Part shown: positions 40,250 through 54,018 of the stretch, in pieces
Numbering within the stretch: position 1 is the first letter of the stretch
Layout of the letters: each line of letters starts with the position of its first letter
DNA from: Dipteris shenzhenensis
Taxonomy: Eukaryota
Direction: 5' to 3' (one strand)
Length of the DNA: 64,000 bases
Assembly: GCA_047967505.1 (NCBI GenBank)
Contig: CM106538.1
Program-made: the position numbers and the translations under genes
The notes under the pieces: model-generated
Seen by the model: the letters and a program-made list of their open reading frames with translations, nothing else
The model's database searches: none
Told to the model about the DNA's origin: nothing

Positions 40250-40850
40250 ATTCTATCCCCTTGATTGCTACTTTTTCACTTGAGGATGTTCTTCTTCACG
40301 AATGTTTCATTTTCCAAATGCTAATGTTCATGTACTCTATGTATTGCCAAAAAAGGAGCTCCCAAACTTTGGGACCAACACGAGGAGCCTCCAACACATA
40401 TGGACTCAACTTCCAATGGCTAGGAGATCATTCTTTTTGTTACGTTTGGCCCATTCCCTAACGCCTATTACCATTACAGGAAATCTGGTCATTTTGCAAG
40501 GAACTATCCTTTGATGTTCCATCAGCTCCACAATCTAATAATTTGGTCCAAGATAAGATTGCGGTTGATCACATGCTTTTGATGTTGACGTTCAGCAGGC
40601 CATTAGTGGTTCTAAGGAAGTGGTTGCCAATATATACTCCTGAGCAACTGCCATATATACTTTCAGCAATAGAACTAAGTCCTCTTGGCCCATTAGTGAT
40701 AGCTATCAAATACCATCTCCGAGCCATTGAGCATAGTAAACTTGCAATTGAGAGAATCCAATCTCGACTTAAATGGCTTGATTGTGGTGATAGACCTCTT
40801 GATTTTTTTCCAAACACATAAAGGGAAAAAAGCTAAAGGAAAATATTATT
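40250..40850 (+). pseudogene. Old L1-type LINE ORF2 fragment (endonuclease end and linker)
   Basis: IQSRLKWLDCGDRPLDFF resembles the conserved W...GD.NT.FF linker motif; GDH upstream resembles the endonuclease SDH. Confidence 0.5.
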
Positions 40851-41224
40851 TCCAAGAGAGTTTGCTAACAACGCTGAGTCACCACAAACTGGTCACATGA
40901 GAGACGTAATATGAGCGCGTAAACCCAGAACCCTGCAGCATATATTACGAATTTTGCTCTGTGTTCCTCTGGTCTTCTTCTGTGTTGCTCTGTTGTCTTT
41001 GAACGATCCATTGCTCTATCTATCATCAAGTTCTGGTAATTTTAGTCTGGAGTTTTGTTTTCCTCCTCCTCCATGTAGTGATCCTCTTTCAAAGTACTCC
41101 CTCTTTTCATCGTCCTGCTTTTTCAATTGCTCCTTGTCCAGGATTGATTCGCGCCTAGTGCATTGTATTCTCGTCCACATTGGCTTCAAAACATTTGATT
41201 CCTACATTCAATTTGTCTGAAGCC

Positions 41225-44200
41225 ATGACGCCCGAGACGGAATCTCGTTTGCAACCCCGCCCGAAGCGGTTGCGGTCGCCTTCTCCAACTTTAGAAGAGG
41301 AATTTTCCCAGAAACCCGATGACACTTCCAGGGTATCCGTGGATGAACCAGAGTCCGAAAATTACGACTTTGGAGAGGAGTGGAGAGAGCCTCTGCAAGC
41401 AGAAGCGATTGGTATTCATTTTCCTTTAATCACCAATTACAAATTTCAAATGTCAAATTTCATTGCCGATTGCCGTGTCCTAGTGCTGAAGGTGCCACAC
41501 ATACTTCAACTGGTTACTATCTTTGCTGAAAATGTTGCAGTTTTAAGAAAGATAAATGTTTGGTCCCTGACGTGTTTTTTGGTGCTTGGGTCAAGCACAA
41601 GGCAAAGAAGATGCAGAATTAGAAGCAGGCTTCTTACGTTTGGAGGATTTGGACGAGAGGATCACGAGAATATTAGCTGAAATCACGTCTAAAAGACCCA
41701 CCGAAGCTCTTATAGAGTTCCGGGAGCTTTTGAGAGGCGTTGATGGCGGGAAGTTTCTCCTGCAGTATGTATTGCTTTCTCCAAAATGTATAGAAATTAT
41801 GTCCGCTTGGTCTTTAGGGCCTGTTGCAGAATCTGCAGTGCCTTTGTTGCTTCTGGTAGACGAGCTAATGCGGCATCCTATTGGTAAAGATGGTGCACAA
41901 CAAGATTCGATGGGTGCTTTCCAGCATGGTAAAGGGGACCCGCAGAAGATATTGCTGTTAGTGCGGGTAAGGCTAGATAAATTAGCACGCTCCATTGTAT
42001 CTACCAAGCTGAAAGACATCTATGCACACCTAACGTCTAATGAACGGAGCCGTCAAAAGGCAGCATTGCTTCTCATGGCGGCCATTGTTAAGCGAGGGAG
42101 TATGTTAGCATCAGAGGTTGCCACAACGTTTGATTTTAATTTAAGCGTCCTGCCCAAGTTGTCAAAACCAGCCAAGGGTTACGAACAAAAAAGGGGAGAG
42201 AGAAAGCCGGAGGATGTTTTAAAGAGGACAACACGGTTTACATTCATTGAATTTGCCCTATCCTTCTTGGAGGTTTGTCACGCTGCCCTTTTACGATGGG
42301 TTCTGCAGATTCGGCCTTTGTATGCAGGTGTGTTGCATAAGCTTGCCAGCGATGATGAAATGACAATAGTGGCTGTTCTCAAGATACTCCAAAATAAAGT
42401 ATTGGATTCAGCTGCCATGGTGCCTCCAGGGCTTCAAAGTGCCATATTTGGAGATGCCACTCTCGAGCAACTGGCCATCATATCTTGCAGCTCGTTACAG
42501 TTTGAGGCAGTACAAATAGCACATCACACCCTTTTGCTGCTTTGCACCGATCCTATTCATGGAATTTGTCCAGAGCCATCTTTATCATGGGGTGCTCCAA
42601 CAGGGAAGTCAGGTAGTTACGGAGGTGGTCAAGGACGGTTAGTGAGGCTAATGCTGAAATTAAGAGCAACCGAAAACCAAAATCACAGGGAGTTACTTTT
42701 GTCCATAGCAGCGGGAAGACCATTGCTGGTCGCCACGTATTTTGAGTCTTTTCCATACTCTCTCGAACCAAGGGCTTCTATTGCATGGTAATTTGGGCTG
42801 ATTCAACTGCATGGATCAATTTTGAAAGCATATTTTCCACGCTATAATGAGCTTGCGTTTTGTTCTTAGGCGTTCCACAGATTTGTGATTTTTGTATCTT
42901 GGCCTTTACATCTCTGATTCAGGTTAAACAAACATGCCATGACATTGGAGCAGTTTGCAGGTTTGCAGCTGTCTCGCTCATTTCTGAGATAATTTCTGTC
43001 ACCAAGGTGCAACCTCCATTTTCCATACTGGCAGTTCAAGGTCTTCCACCTCCTGCTGTTGACAGTCCTTTGATCCAGGGTATGCTAAGGAGTGCATTGC
43101 CCCGGAATTTAACTCGCTTAGTGATAAACAGGGCCCTCCTTCATGCAAACATGCGGGTTAAGCATGCGTGTTTGAGGATGCTGCTGGAGGTGTTGTCCTC
43201 AGTTGAATTTTATTTAAGTTCAGTGTTCAATGCACATGTAACTTTTCAGCAAAAGCACAGCACCAGAGATTTATCAGAGCAGACAGCTGAGAATATAGCT
43301 GGGAAACAGAAGGTTCTGGAGTCTTTTGTAGGTGGTAGCATGGAGCCAAATAGTTCTGTCGGCTTACTTGCATGTAGAGATATCGAGGTCTTAGCTCGTG
43401 ATTCTGGTTGCAAAGATTGGCTCGACTGTCAAAGATGGCTGGCCCTTGGAAAATATATTCAGGATGAACAGCGTTCTATGTTACCTGATCCTCAGGTTCT
43501 GCTGTCATTGCTGCCTTTAAAGCATGCCAACGTTGAAGACCTTGCTGTTTCGAAAAGGAAGAAAAATGAAGGCTTCTTAGAAGGCATTTCCATCAATATG
43601 ACTATGGATAAGAGCAACTTGAAGAGAGAGAGCTTCCCAGAAAATGATGGTGATGTGGAGTTTGGGGATGATAAGAGTGATGCTTTGGATCATAGAGAAA
43701 ATGAAGAGGCTACATTGGAACAGATTTGGAATGCGGACTCCCACTTAATTGAAACGGGTGATCTTGAAGATATCGGGAGCTTTCTAAATGCAAAGCTCCT
43801 CGAAGTGCTGGCTGCTTATCAGGTATTTGCTGATTGCATTGACTGCTTGAAGTGATCCAGCATTCAGTTTGCACTTACATTTTGAACTCAAGATGTAAGG
43901 AATCCCATTGATTTAATCGCATTTTTGTCCATGAAAAGCCTGAAAGGAGCACAAGAGAATCACACTAGGAGCAGTAAAGTGAATGGTATATAGAAAATGA
44001 AGAGAATGAATGGTCCCTTATATAGAGAAAGAGAGAAATAAAGTTTATGAAAGTCTTTGAAAGAACGAAGGGTGATCTCATATCTTCACCTTTGCATGTA
44101 TTGGGCATGTCATGTGTGCTAGAGAGCTTTCAGTTTGGTTTAGGATTAATTACAGGTAAAAAGAGGGGTAGGTAGACTTTATGTTCTAGGTCAGGACTTT

Positions 44201-47200
44201 CATGATGTTATGTCATGGACAAGGATTATAGATTTTAAGGGGCCACATGATGTTGTAAGCCTCCACATGGACGAAGTGGATGGGTGCCACATGGCACTAA
44301 TCAAATGGTCTATCTCATGTGGCTTTGCCACCTCACACAAACATGCACTCACCATGTCACTCACTCTGGGGCATCCAATTAGATGCAGGTATTGCATCTA
44401 TGGCATGTGTTTGATGAATTTTGATTGGGCACAGTGTGTCAGTGTGCCACCTAGATGGGGCTGAAGAGGGTTTGCTATGTATGAGATTCATTGTGTGATT
44501 GCAGTAGTTGCTGCATTTTCAGTTTGGTGCGTCCATTGTAGCCAGTGGTTGGCCATCCATTTGGAGCAATACATTGTGCACGCATCCTACTTGTGTATCT
44601 GTGGGAGGGCATCACAGAGTTTTGTGAGCCTCCCTTGTTTTCTTTCACATAGGCACATGCGCGCACACACATAATAGCACGTGCGCAAATGTGCACACAT
44701 AATGCACACGCCTGCTTGTATGCATACACACATGCACACAGCTTTCCATATGACTAGAATGTATCTTATCTAACAATTAATGTATATTCTTGTCTTCTTG
44801 CAATGTAGAGAATCATCCCTATGGCTTTGGTGGACAGTTGCTTTGATGTATTCAAGCTTCTCCCAGATGAGCCACTATCTCTGTCATGGTCTCAGCAGAA
44901 AGCCTTATTAACATTGCTGTTAGCAGCAACAGGGGAATCTTCTGTGCTGAATATGGGTTACATTTCTCAAACAGGAGGTGGAAATCCTCATCTTAGAAAT
45001 TTGTATACGCATTTGAAGCCTTTGATAAAAGTAATGCTTGGATCAAAGGTTGCGTGGATGAGGGAGCAGGCTCAATGTCTTGCTGACAGAGCTATGGCTA
45101 GCTCTGGAGCTTTTGAAAGCAATAAGAATGAGATTCGTGTATGGCTCCAGTCCCTCTCACCTTGGAGTGATGCTGTTATATCATTTTTATGTGACGCTGT
45201 GAGCACTATTGGAAGGAACATTGACAAGCATTTGGATGTGCTTATTTCCATCGTCTATTCAGATACTAAAGAAGGTATGCACGTTTGGACGATCTTTACT
45301 GTTTGATCTCACAATTTTAAGCAATTAGTTTCACTGTAATGTAATATCAGTGGGTTACATGCAGATGTTTTCGGTACGACAGAGTTCGGTCCACTGGTAG
45401 TCTGCATCCTCGATAAATGTCTTCGAGTGCTGGCATCAAGTGCGAAGAATTTGAAACTTCCTCAACGAACAAGTATCTCTCTCTATGTTGCTACTACTCT
45501 GGAACTACTTTTGCAGTCACAGGTGGGCCATGTCTTTTTCTTGAAAACAAATAAATAGCTTTGACCTTTTTCTATTTTGTGCCATTCTTCTTTGATACAA
45601 TGTGTGAAATCATTTTTGTTTGTATTGCTCCAGGGTTACCCAAAACCCCTAGGGGCTGTCATAAATGCATTGTTATGCTCAGGACTAAAGAATAGTGGCC
45701 AGTCTTTGGAGAACATGAACAGTTTCAGATCTGAGTGGAACCCTTTACAAAGACTGTATCTCTATGTGCAATGTGTTTTGAGAAAAGAAGATAAAATTTC
45801 ATTCTGGGATTGTGACAGTTACAGCTTGGCAGTAAAGCAGAATGAATTTTCAACTGGGAATCTTGCAAAGGCACTTCAACTTTGTAAACAGGATGAAAGA
45901 AGCTCCTTGCAGGCAAAAGCTTCTGCTCTGAGCTCTTGTCTCCTTTGTGTTCCCCTTGAAGACATAGTTGACAATTTGCCTTTATTGATGGATAATTTTT
46001 TCCACATATTCAAAGGGAAATGCCCTATTTTAATGGCATTGCTTGGTGCGTACAAGCAGTTGCTGTTTTCCATTGCAGAACGTTGGCCTGACCTTTTTAA
46101 TGAGTGTTTGTCACTGGCTTCTAGCTTGGCACATTCTGGAAAGGACATGTACAAAAAGTCTGATTTGTCCCAAGGGCAAGGGAAACATATTCTATCAGGA
46201 GAGTTACCCAATTCAACATTTGAAGATGAAGACACGCTGATGTCCTCAGCATCTTCAAACAGCACAACTCTTGCATTTTCTGCATTCTTGTTGGCTCTAC
46301 CATTTGGAATTATTTTCCCTGCAGCTGCACGTAGCCACGAGGCACGATTTCTAAGTTCCAATGTATTTAGAAGCATCCTTGAAGCCGCACTTGCTGAAGT
46401 GCCACCAGGGCAATGGCTTATTACAGCTAGGGTAATTTTGTTTTGGATTGAAGAAATATGGATTCTTGGCCAGAATGGCTCAGATGTGGCATGTCAACTG
46501 GAAACCTGCTTCTTTCTTTTGAAAGATCTGATTCTACCGCCTGAAGACAAGGGCTGGTTAAGGCTTCTACAAAATGAACAAGATACAAGTACATATCTTC
46601 CTCTGATTGAAGATCTCATCAAGGGGGTCATGGCACACCCTGTAATGACTGTCCATCAAAGAGACTATGAAGTTCCTCAACAAGTTTCGAGTGGATATTA
46701 TGATAAATTCAATAATTGTGACTTAGAGGCTGGTGAGATGGAATCATGGCTTTCTAAGGGCAGATGTGAACTTGCTTTGATAGACCACTATACCATTGAT
46801 ATTTTGAAGGAGCTTCTGTTCTGGGCTTCTAAGTTATCCAAAGCAGACTTGTCAGCTGCAGCTTTGAAAAGCTATGAAGTTGTTCAGAGGCGAATTTTAG
46901 CTGCCTGCAAGCCTTTCCTAACATGCATTATAGATGGTATGAAAAAGGAGGTCATTGAAAGTCAGAAACGTCATTTAAATGGTCTTTCACCATCTAAAAA
47001 AACATTCATAGCTTTTACGTTCTTGTCTCTCACTGATGTCCACTCACTATTGGACCTTGCTTACACCCTTCTCTCACAAGAACCTTCTGATCGAAATGTG
47101 GACAATAGATTTTCCACAGTAGTTGGCATGCCCTACCACTATGTGGGTCTTTATATGGCCACTTTGGCTTTTGATAGAATCTTGCTTTTGTCTGCGCAGA

Positions 47201-50104
47201 CAGAGGCTGATGTGCATGCTTCTATTGTGTGGCAGTGGGAATCAGAACACATGAATATGTCTAAGGACAGTTTATTGCAAGATCTGTATGATAGAATAGT
47301 GCAGTTAGTGTTAACAAGACCATCTGAAAGGGCGATGGCTTGCTTCTTGGCTGCCTTGGAAGCATTGTGCAATTGTGGTCACTCCTGTCCTGATCAACCC
47401 CTGTACAGACTGTCAAATGCTGTGCTATCACCTTGCATACACAGAACACCGGTGCAAATATTAAGGCATCTCATGATAGATTTGAATAAAACAAAAGCAA
47501 AGATAGTCTTCCTTTTAGTTCAGGTAAGTCAGTTTTATCTCTTGGAGTTTGCTGAGATATTCGCTTGTAATGTGGGATATACAAAAAATGGTCTTACATG
47601 TGCACCCAGTTTCAGACTAGCTTCTGTAATTTTACATGCATCACAATCAATCCTTAGTTTCAGTAATGCTGAATATTCACTTAAAGATATGATTCTCCTT
47701 CTGCCAGCAGTCCACTGGTTCATCACTAAGGTGGTGTCTAATGAGCAGCTGCCAGTTAATAAAATGGTGGAACATGTTACTCTGGTCTACTTGAAGGCTA
47801 GTACAGAGATGTTAAAGGATTGGGATACTATACTTACTGATGTGAATAATGAGGAAGTTCTTTTATATATAAACAAAACTCAAGCAAACACGGATTTCTC
47901 TAAATTGGTTGATCTGACAGCCCCTGGACAGATTGCGTTAATGATGGAACAGTGCCTTGCCCATCACATGCTTAACTCAAAGGAGAGGGTAGAACTGTTT
48001 ACATTGCTATTGCAAAAAAGTTATCCTTTACTAGATTCATCGGTTAGCACCATCAGCATGTCTTCTCTAGAGGATACGGTGAAGTCAGTAAGCTCTATGA
48101 TTGCCAAGGCAATGATGGCAAGGCTGTTAATTTTTCCCGATATATGTGAGGGTGGTACTAGGCCCGGTGATGCTGGCGCAGGGCGTCTTCATGGAGCCAG
48201 ACTCCAGGAAATGCTAGAAAAGACATGCAACCTCCAAGCTGACAGCTTTGATGTTGCTAATATGCTAATTCATACACTTGGCGTGATTTTTCAGCAGAAT
48301 GTGTCAGGGATAAGAGAAGTTGAGGGTTTTGACTGTGTTCTAACGGCTCCTGGAGGTGGAGGTGAGGTTACCAAAAGCAGTTTGCTGAATTTTTTAGAGA
48401 TGACGTTGTTGAATCATCTGAAAGAGATCTCTAGGACAGGGATCCCTGCCTCACGTCAAGGCCAATATACCTTCCTACTGACGAAGTTCACAAAACTGGT
48501 GCTCCGTTATAGATTTGGAGAAGGTTTACCCATGCAAGTTTTACGGTGCCTTGCATCCAGGCTAGTACGGATTCCGGAATTAGCGGGGCAATATGGTTCG
48601 CATGCATTTGATTTGTTAGTTGGGCATTCTAAATTTGTACCCACTCTTCTATCATGTGGGCCTAGCACAAAGCATAATCTGCTTGTTGGCAAAAACAATG
48701 AGAAAGATACGAGTGCAAGATCTCTTTCCTCTGTGTTGTATTTATTGAAGGCCCCATACAGGCAGCACTCAGTCGGTGATCCTAATAATCTTGATCGCCT
48801 TGATACAAAGAGCATTGAGGTAAAGCACGAAGTGTTGGTGCCAGGATGTGGCTTTTCTCAAAAACTTGAGCTGCTGAGGCTTTTAAGGCTATTGTACCAT
48901 TTAAAGCGGCAAGGTACAGAATCTAATACATCAGCATACCCGGCATTAAACTCAAATGAGTTGCTATCTTTGTTGTTGGCGGCATATGGTGCTTCAATGA
49001 GTGAGGTAGATAAGGAAAACTTACTGTTAATGCATGAGCTGGAGTCATATGAGGGGGCAGGATTTTCTGGTCTTGTGGGGATGGATTATTTGTGGGGTGA
49101 AGCTGCTTTGAAACGATGGCAAACAAATGTTGAGGTAGATCAAGGGTTCAGTGCTTTGGAAACTGCCAATGAAGAGACCATCAAGGAAGTTCGTAAAAGG
49201 TGGTTTAAGGAGGACTTAGTGCTGGATCCAGTAAGGTGTGGTCTAAGTGTGCTATTCTTCCCTTCAAGAAGAAACGTGGTCACTGGAGCAGTGGCATTGA
49301 CCAGAGGATTTGAAGAAGCCGATGAGGTGTGAACTAATAACTCTAGTACTGTATTTTATCACCTTAGAATCTGTGTGTTTGTACCTGGTAGGGAGCCATG
49401 TTTACCCATTTAGACAACAGAGTAGAAAGATTTTGGGCCTGGTAGGGAGCCATGTTTACCCATGGCTGAGTCTGCCCTTCACCTCTGGAGTGCCGACAGA
49501 AACTCAGTACGAAGACTTTGTATAAATGGATGCTCAAGTATGTGTGGGTGTGTGGATTTGTATGTGTGAGAGCATATTTTTATACTATGGTCTACACCCA
49601 CTGTTGGGCGCTGATGACGTCAGTGGGGATGTCATAGTAGCTAGTCCCTGCTATGCATGATGGAGTTTATGGTTTTCAACCTTGTGAGTGACTATCATGA
49701 AATTGAAACTGCACTATGTTGTGTTTTTAGAGGATGAGTTTGGGAATGTTCCTGGATTCATCTAGGTATATAACAGAGTAGAAAGAGTTTGGGTATTTCT
49801 TATCACTTATCCTATGGCGTAATAATTTGGCTCTTCGTGCTTCTCCATGTGGTTCCCCTTGTTTTTCCTGCAGGTACAACTGCCTATCTTGGAATCTGGT
49901 GAGAAAGTACTGATGGAGGCAGCATATGACCCTTCTTTCATTTTGACGTTTGCTTTACACAGCATATCCTCTGGTTGGGTTGACGCAGAAGATTTTGTAC
50001 TCAAAGGGTTGCTGGCTATAGCCTTTGCAAGTATCGCTTCTGCAGAAGAAGGCATGCGGAAGCTTGGCTATGACGTTCTTGCAAAGTTCTTCACTGTCCT
50101 TGAG
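41225..50104 (+). CDS. URB1: Nucleolar pre-ribosomal-associated protein 1 (URB1/Npa1), exons 1-7; the gene continues beyond the window
   Basis: GT-AG, phase-consistent exons: 41225-41411, ~41596-42787 (acceptor uncertain), 42961-43822, 44809-45274, 45365-45522, 45634-49326, 49874-50104. Npa1-like motifs KAALLLMAAIVKRG..LASEVA..FDF, LLRWVLQ, FPYSLEPRAS..W, FGPLVVCILDKCLR, ELLSLLLAAYGASMSEVD, MDYLWG and NopRA1-region YDPSFIL.FALHS..GLLAIAF. Confidence 0.88.
49487..49772. repeat. 286-bp near-identical copy of 51274-51559, in URB1 intron 6
   Basis: GGAGTGCCGACAGAAACTCAG...TTCATCTAGGTATATA is present at both sites. It is flanked by AACAGAGTAGAAAGA(T/G)TTTGGG at 49416 and 49772. Confidence 0.9.
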
Positions 50105-50647
50105 GTATTTGCTTCATTCAATATTGTATATCAATCCGTTTACTCGTTATTCCTTTGAAGATTCAGTCTCTATATTCTTCAAAAGAATGTGCCAAGTCCC
50201 TTGCAATCTCTTATGCCTTGGAAAATTATTGGAGCTGCCCAAACTTTTCGTGCAAGAATAAGTATAGATTCACTGTTATACACCCACAAGTTTAAAAACC
50301 ATCCACTCCCTTATACACTTTTGGACTAGCTTTTACGACATTCCCTTGATCAGCGCCTAGCAATGTACCAATGGGTGTAGAATTGGTATTAGTAACATGG
50401 TAGCAAGGGTTATAGAGCACATCACAATCTTGACCTTGAATGCTGCATACAACAATGTTGATAAGCTTGCCTGCCAACACAATGCTCCAACCAATGAAGA
50501 AACAAATATTTGCCAGAACATGTAAGAGTAGAGCAGAAAAGCTGTTGGAACATGTGCCAGACCCAAGGGGAGTATTTGATTTTCTAGATTGGAGATAGGG
50601 TTGACGATTTGAAGTACATAGGTTGAAGCTAGTTTAGTTTAGGCTTG

Positions 50648-51559
50648 AATGAAGAAAGAAAGAAAGAAAGAAATTTTATTAGAGTCTTCGGAAGACCGAT
50701 GGGTCTATGAGACTGAAAGAAAACATGATACTGTAAGGGTGGAGCTACTGAAACGAGCATCATCACCCGTGCTGAACCCTAAGTCTGATCATACATAATC
50801 AAATACATCTGGATGTAACAATGAAAAGAAAAGGACTGGAGCGGAGCGGAATCCTCCGTATGTCATGTCGCCCTGGCTGGTGCATAGCCGGTGATGGGAC
50901 GCTGGCGCCCGTCAAGGGGTGCCGTGCGTCTCGGTCTCCTGGACGAGGCTCGACACAAGACCAGAGCCACCGTGACTCCCGTGGGACGTATCCCGGGTCC
51001 AAACAATGACGGGAGGTCCCCCAGAGTGATCTGTGTGTCCCCTCGATGTCTCATGTGTCGTGCTGCAGTCGTCGGGTCGGGGTCCCTGTCACGTCTGCAG
51101 CTAGAGACTGGACGATCAATGTCACTCGATGGAAAGAACTCTGTGATCCTGCTTTGAGAGGTGTCTGATGATGTGGCCAAGCCCCGTCGCCTGAGTAAGT
51201 ACTCTCTGTGTCGGACCCCCTCGTGAATGCCTTCTTCTTTAGTGCTAGCCTTCTCCTTTAGTGCTAGCCTTCCGGAGTGCCGACAGAAACTCAGTACGAA
51301 GACTTTGTATAAATGGATGCTCAAGTATCTGTGGGTGTGTGGTTTTGTATGTGTGAGAGCATATTTTTATACTATGGTCTACACCCACTGTTGGGCACTG
51401 ACGATGTCAGTGGGGATGTCATAGTTGCTAGTCCCTGCTATGCATGATGGAGTTTATGGTTTTCAACCTTGTGAGTGACTATCATGAGATTGAAACTGCA
51501 CTATGTTGTGTTTTTAGAGGATGAGTTTGGGAATGTTCCTGGATTCATCTAGGTATATA
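50648..51559 (-). mobile_element. Short non-LTR retroelement (LINE 3' end or bipartite non-autonomous derivative), 912 bp
   Basis: 14-bp TSD TTAGTTTAGGCTTG at 50634-50647 and 51560-51573; minus-strand AATAAA followed by a (TTTC)n tail; ORF remnant RHREYLLRRRG...QSRITEFF. Confidence 0.75.
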
Positions 51560-54018
51560 TTAGTTTAGGCTTGTCTAGTTTAAGGCAGCTCAATGTAAAT
51601 AGATGGTTTAAAGTAGTTGCCCCTTAACCCTTTACTTGTTTCAATTTGGTACAAGAGAGAACTCACTTGAATTGTTGAAAATGGGTTGGTCACGTCCCCA
51701 TCTATAAGCTGCCATATGAGGAGAGCATTTTGTTGGGCGGGGGGGGTTGAACCAAAGTGTGATGTGGCTGCCACAGCATACAAACAACAAAACATGGAAG
51801 CATGGGCCTGCCACATGGGCAGCACATGGGCTGCCATGTGGACAACACAAAGGGGACGTGCCTGACTGTGATGACGTGGACCTGCACAAGACGGATGATG
51901 TCAGCAATAGTACAAAAAAGGGAAGGTACCTGACTGTGATGACGTGTCTGGCAATGGTTGGCAGGAGCAAATCTGTACAGGGATCACAGGTAGGAGACGC
52001 TGCGATGATGTGATGCTGACATCAGCATCAGTACGGAGCTGTTTGGAGGACATCTAGGGCCTGCCAATGGCCACAGAAGAGGCGGATTGCAGGCGGAATA
52101 CAAAGGCTGAAGAGGCGACTGCTTTGGGCAGGTTTGGGCCTGGAAAAGGACAAACACAGGTCGGTTTTAGGGCAGGACTGCCTGGGCCAGTGGCAGCCTG
52201 CCACGTGGCCAGGCAAGGCCTACAAGCCCTCAGTTGATGTGCCCTTATGAGTCAGTTGTTATAGACTGGGTGGGTCGGCTGATACAGGGCTGCGAGTTGG
52301 CCATTTTAGGGGGCTACCTGAAACCGGCCTCTAATCACTCAGAGGGCAGTGGAACTAAACCTTTAATCACTTCAGCACTTATTTACAGCTCACAAAGCAT
52401 TTATCACAACCATTAACCATTGCATGATCACCATTTGGCATTTACCCATTTGTTCACAAACAAAATTACTGAAAAAGGGATGTGAAAAAGGGATGGAGGC
52501 TAGAATGCCCCTGCTCAACTGACATAGACAAGTGCACCTGATTGGCCCCAAACACTGTGGCGCCCCTTTCAGTATTTCTTTATATTTCACAGTGAAATGA
52601 TTACAAGTTGCATCTGGGAGACCTTCCCTGTAACTGAGCACGCAGCCCCAATTCACTAAGCCTTCGCAAGGCTTTCAAGCATAGAACACCATCACATAAG
52701 TACACTTAACCCATAGGCTCAACCCAAAGGCATTCTCTTTTCTGAGTGCAATTCCATTGGCTGTCCAGATGCAATCACACTGCACCCCAGCTGCACTCTC
52801 TTTGAGTGGTTTCTAGATGGCATTCACAAAGCTTTTTAAAGCTCCAAAATAAAATCAGCAAAGTACCCAACCAAAGACAAAGAATGACTCATGTAGCACT
52901 GCCTGGGCACCTGTGAGCCAAGAAAGAGGCGGCACACGAGGCCAACCAATAGCTTATGGCAAAAAGAAATTGCAGTAGCAAAATCACAACTCACCAAGCC
53001 CTGAAAACTCGAACCAAGTCCCCTCAATCGCCAAGAGGACATAGTAGCCAATGCCCAATTGCATTCTCAGCCAAAGAGGAGTGCAAAGGCATGAAGAAAG
53101 AGCATTTACAAGAGCCGACCAGCAAGAATTCCACTAAAAAATGCGAAAAGAAGCACTTCTGTCACGAAGAAGTGGGAGTTCTTGGGCTCAAAAGAAGCGT
53201 GCTTCAGAGAGGAATGCATTGAGAAGGTTTTGGAGAAGTTTCATCGCCGGAAAGTCCTGCAAAACTGAGAAAAACCAGTCAACCAGCGCTTGGGACCACT
53301 CGAAATTCAACAGAAAGCTGTAGCTTTGCAAGAGGAGAGGCCCAGGAGGCGGTAGAAGCAAAAAGATCCAGAAAAAGCCACTTTTGCAAATTCGACCAGC
53401 AAAAGAAGTGCTCAGCTCTGCCCGTTCTACCAAACGCACGGAGGGAAAAGCATATCACTACGAAGGGGAGGCAGAGGGGAAGCCATCGGGCCAAACGGAA
53501 GTCGAGGAATCCAAACGGGTAAGGAGTTATGAAGAAAAACGGAATTTAGTTGAAGGAGGCTGAAAAACCAGTCCAAAATCTCAACAAAGGGAGAAGACGA
53601 GAGAGAAAACCACACATGTGAAGTTTAGAAGGCCCAGGAAGGTCCAAGAATGGCAAAGGAGCATGTAGAAGGCACTAGAGCCACCTGGAACTCTAGGGGG
53701 GCCACTGAAGGTACATGGCCCTCTAGGGAGCCCATTAAAAATGCCACATCATCATTTTCCAGCAACCACTCTTTTAATTCCTTGGAATGCCTTTGGGCCT
53801 AGGGATTAATTACGCTTATGTGCTAGGCACCATGCCGCGTTTAATTACACATTATTAAGCCCACGCTTGGACTTTTAAAACCAAAGTTGTCACGGTCTTG
53901 TAGTACATTAAAGTACTTAGAATTTCACGCCCCCGTGACATACCCCTCTCTTGAAATAGCAAACCACAGTTTGCTGCCCCAAAACACCGGAGCGAGCATG
54001 AAATATAGCATAAAAGAG

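Noticed and set aside
43894-44775. Solo LTR in URB1 intron 3
   Set aside because: TG..CA ends can be drawn, but the flanking 5-mers (CAAGA and ATTAA) do not match. It is probably TE-derived but unsupported.
49600-49720. Hammerhead ribozyme (CTGATGA / CTGACGA in the two 286-bp copies), and a retrozyme reading of the 21-27 kb array
   Set aside because: The motif lies within a simple hairpin, and no stem II plus GAAA plus cleavage triplet could be built. The array spacer has no CUGANGA on either strand.
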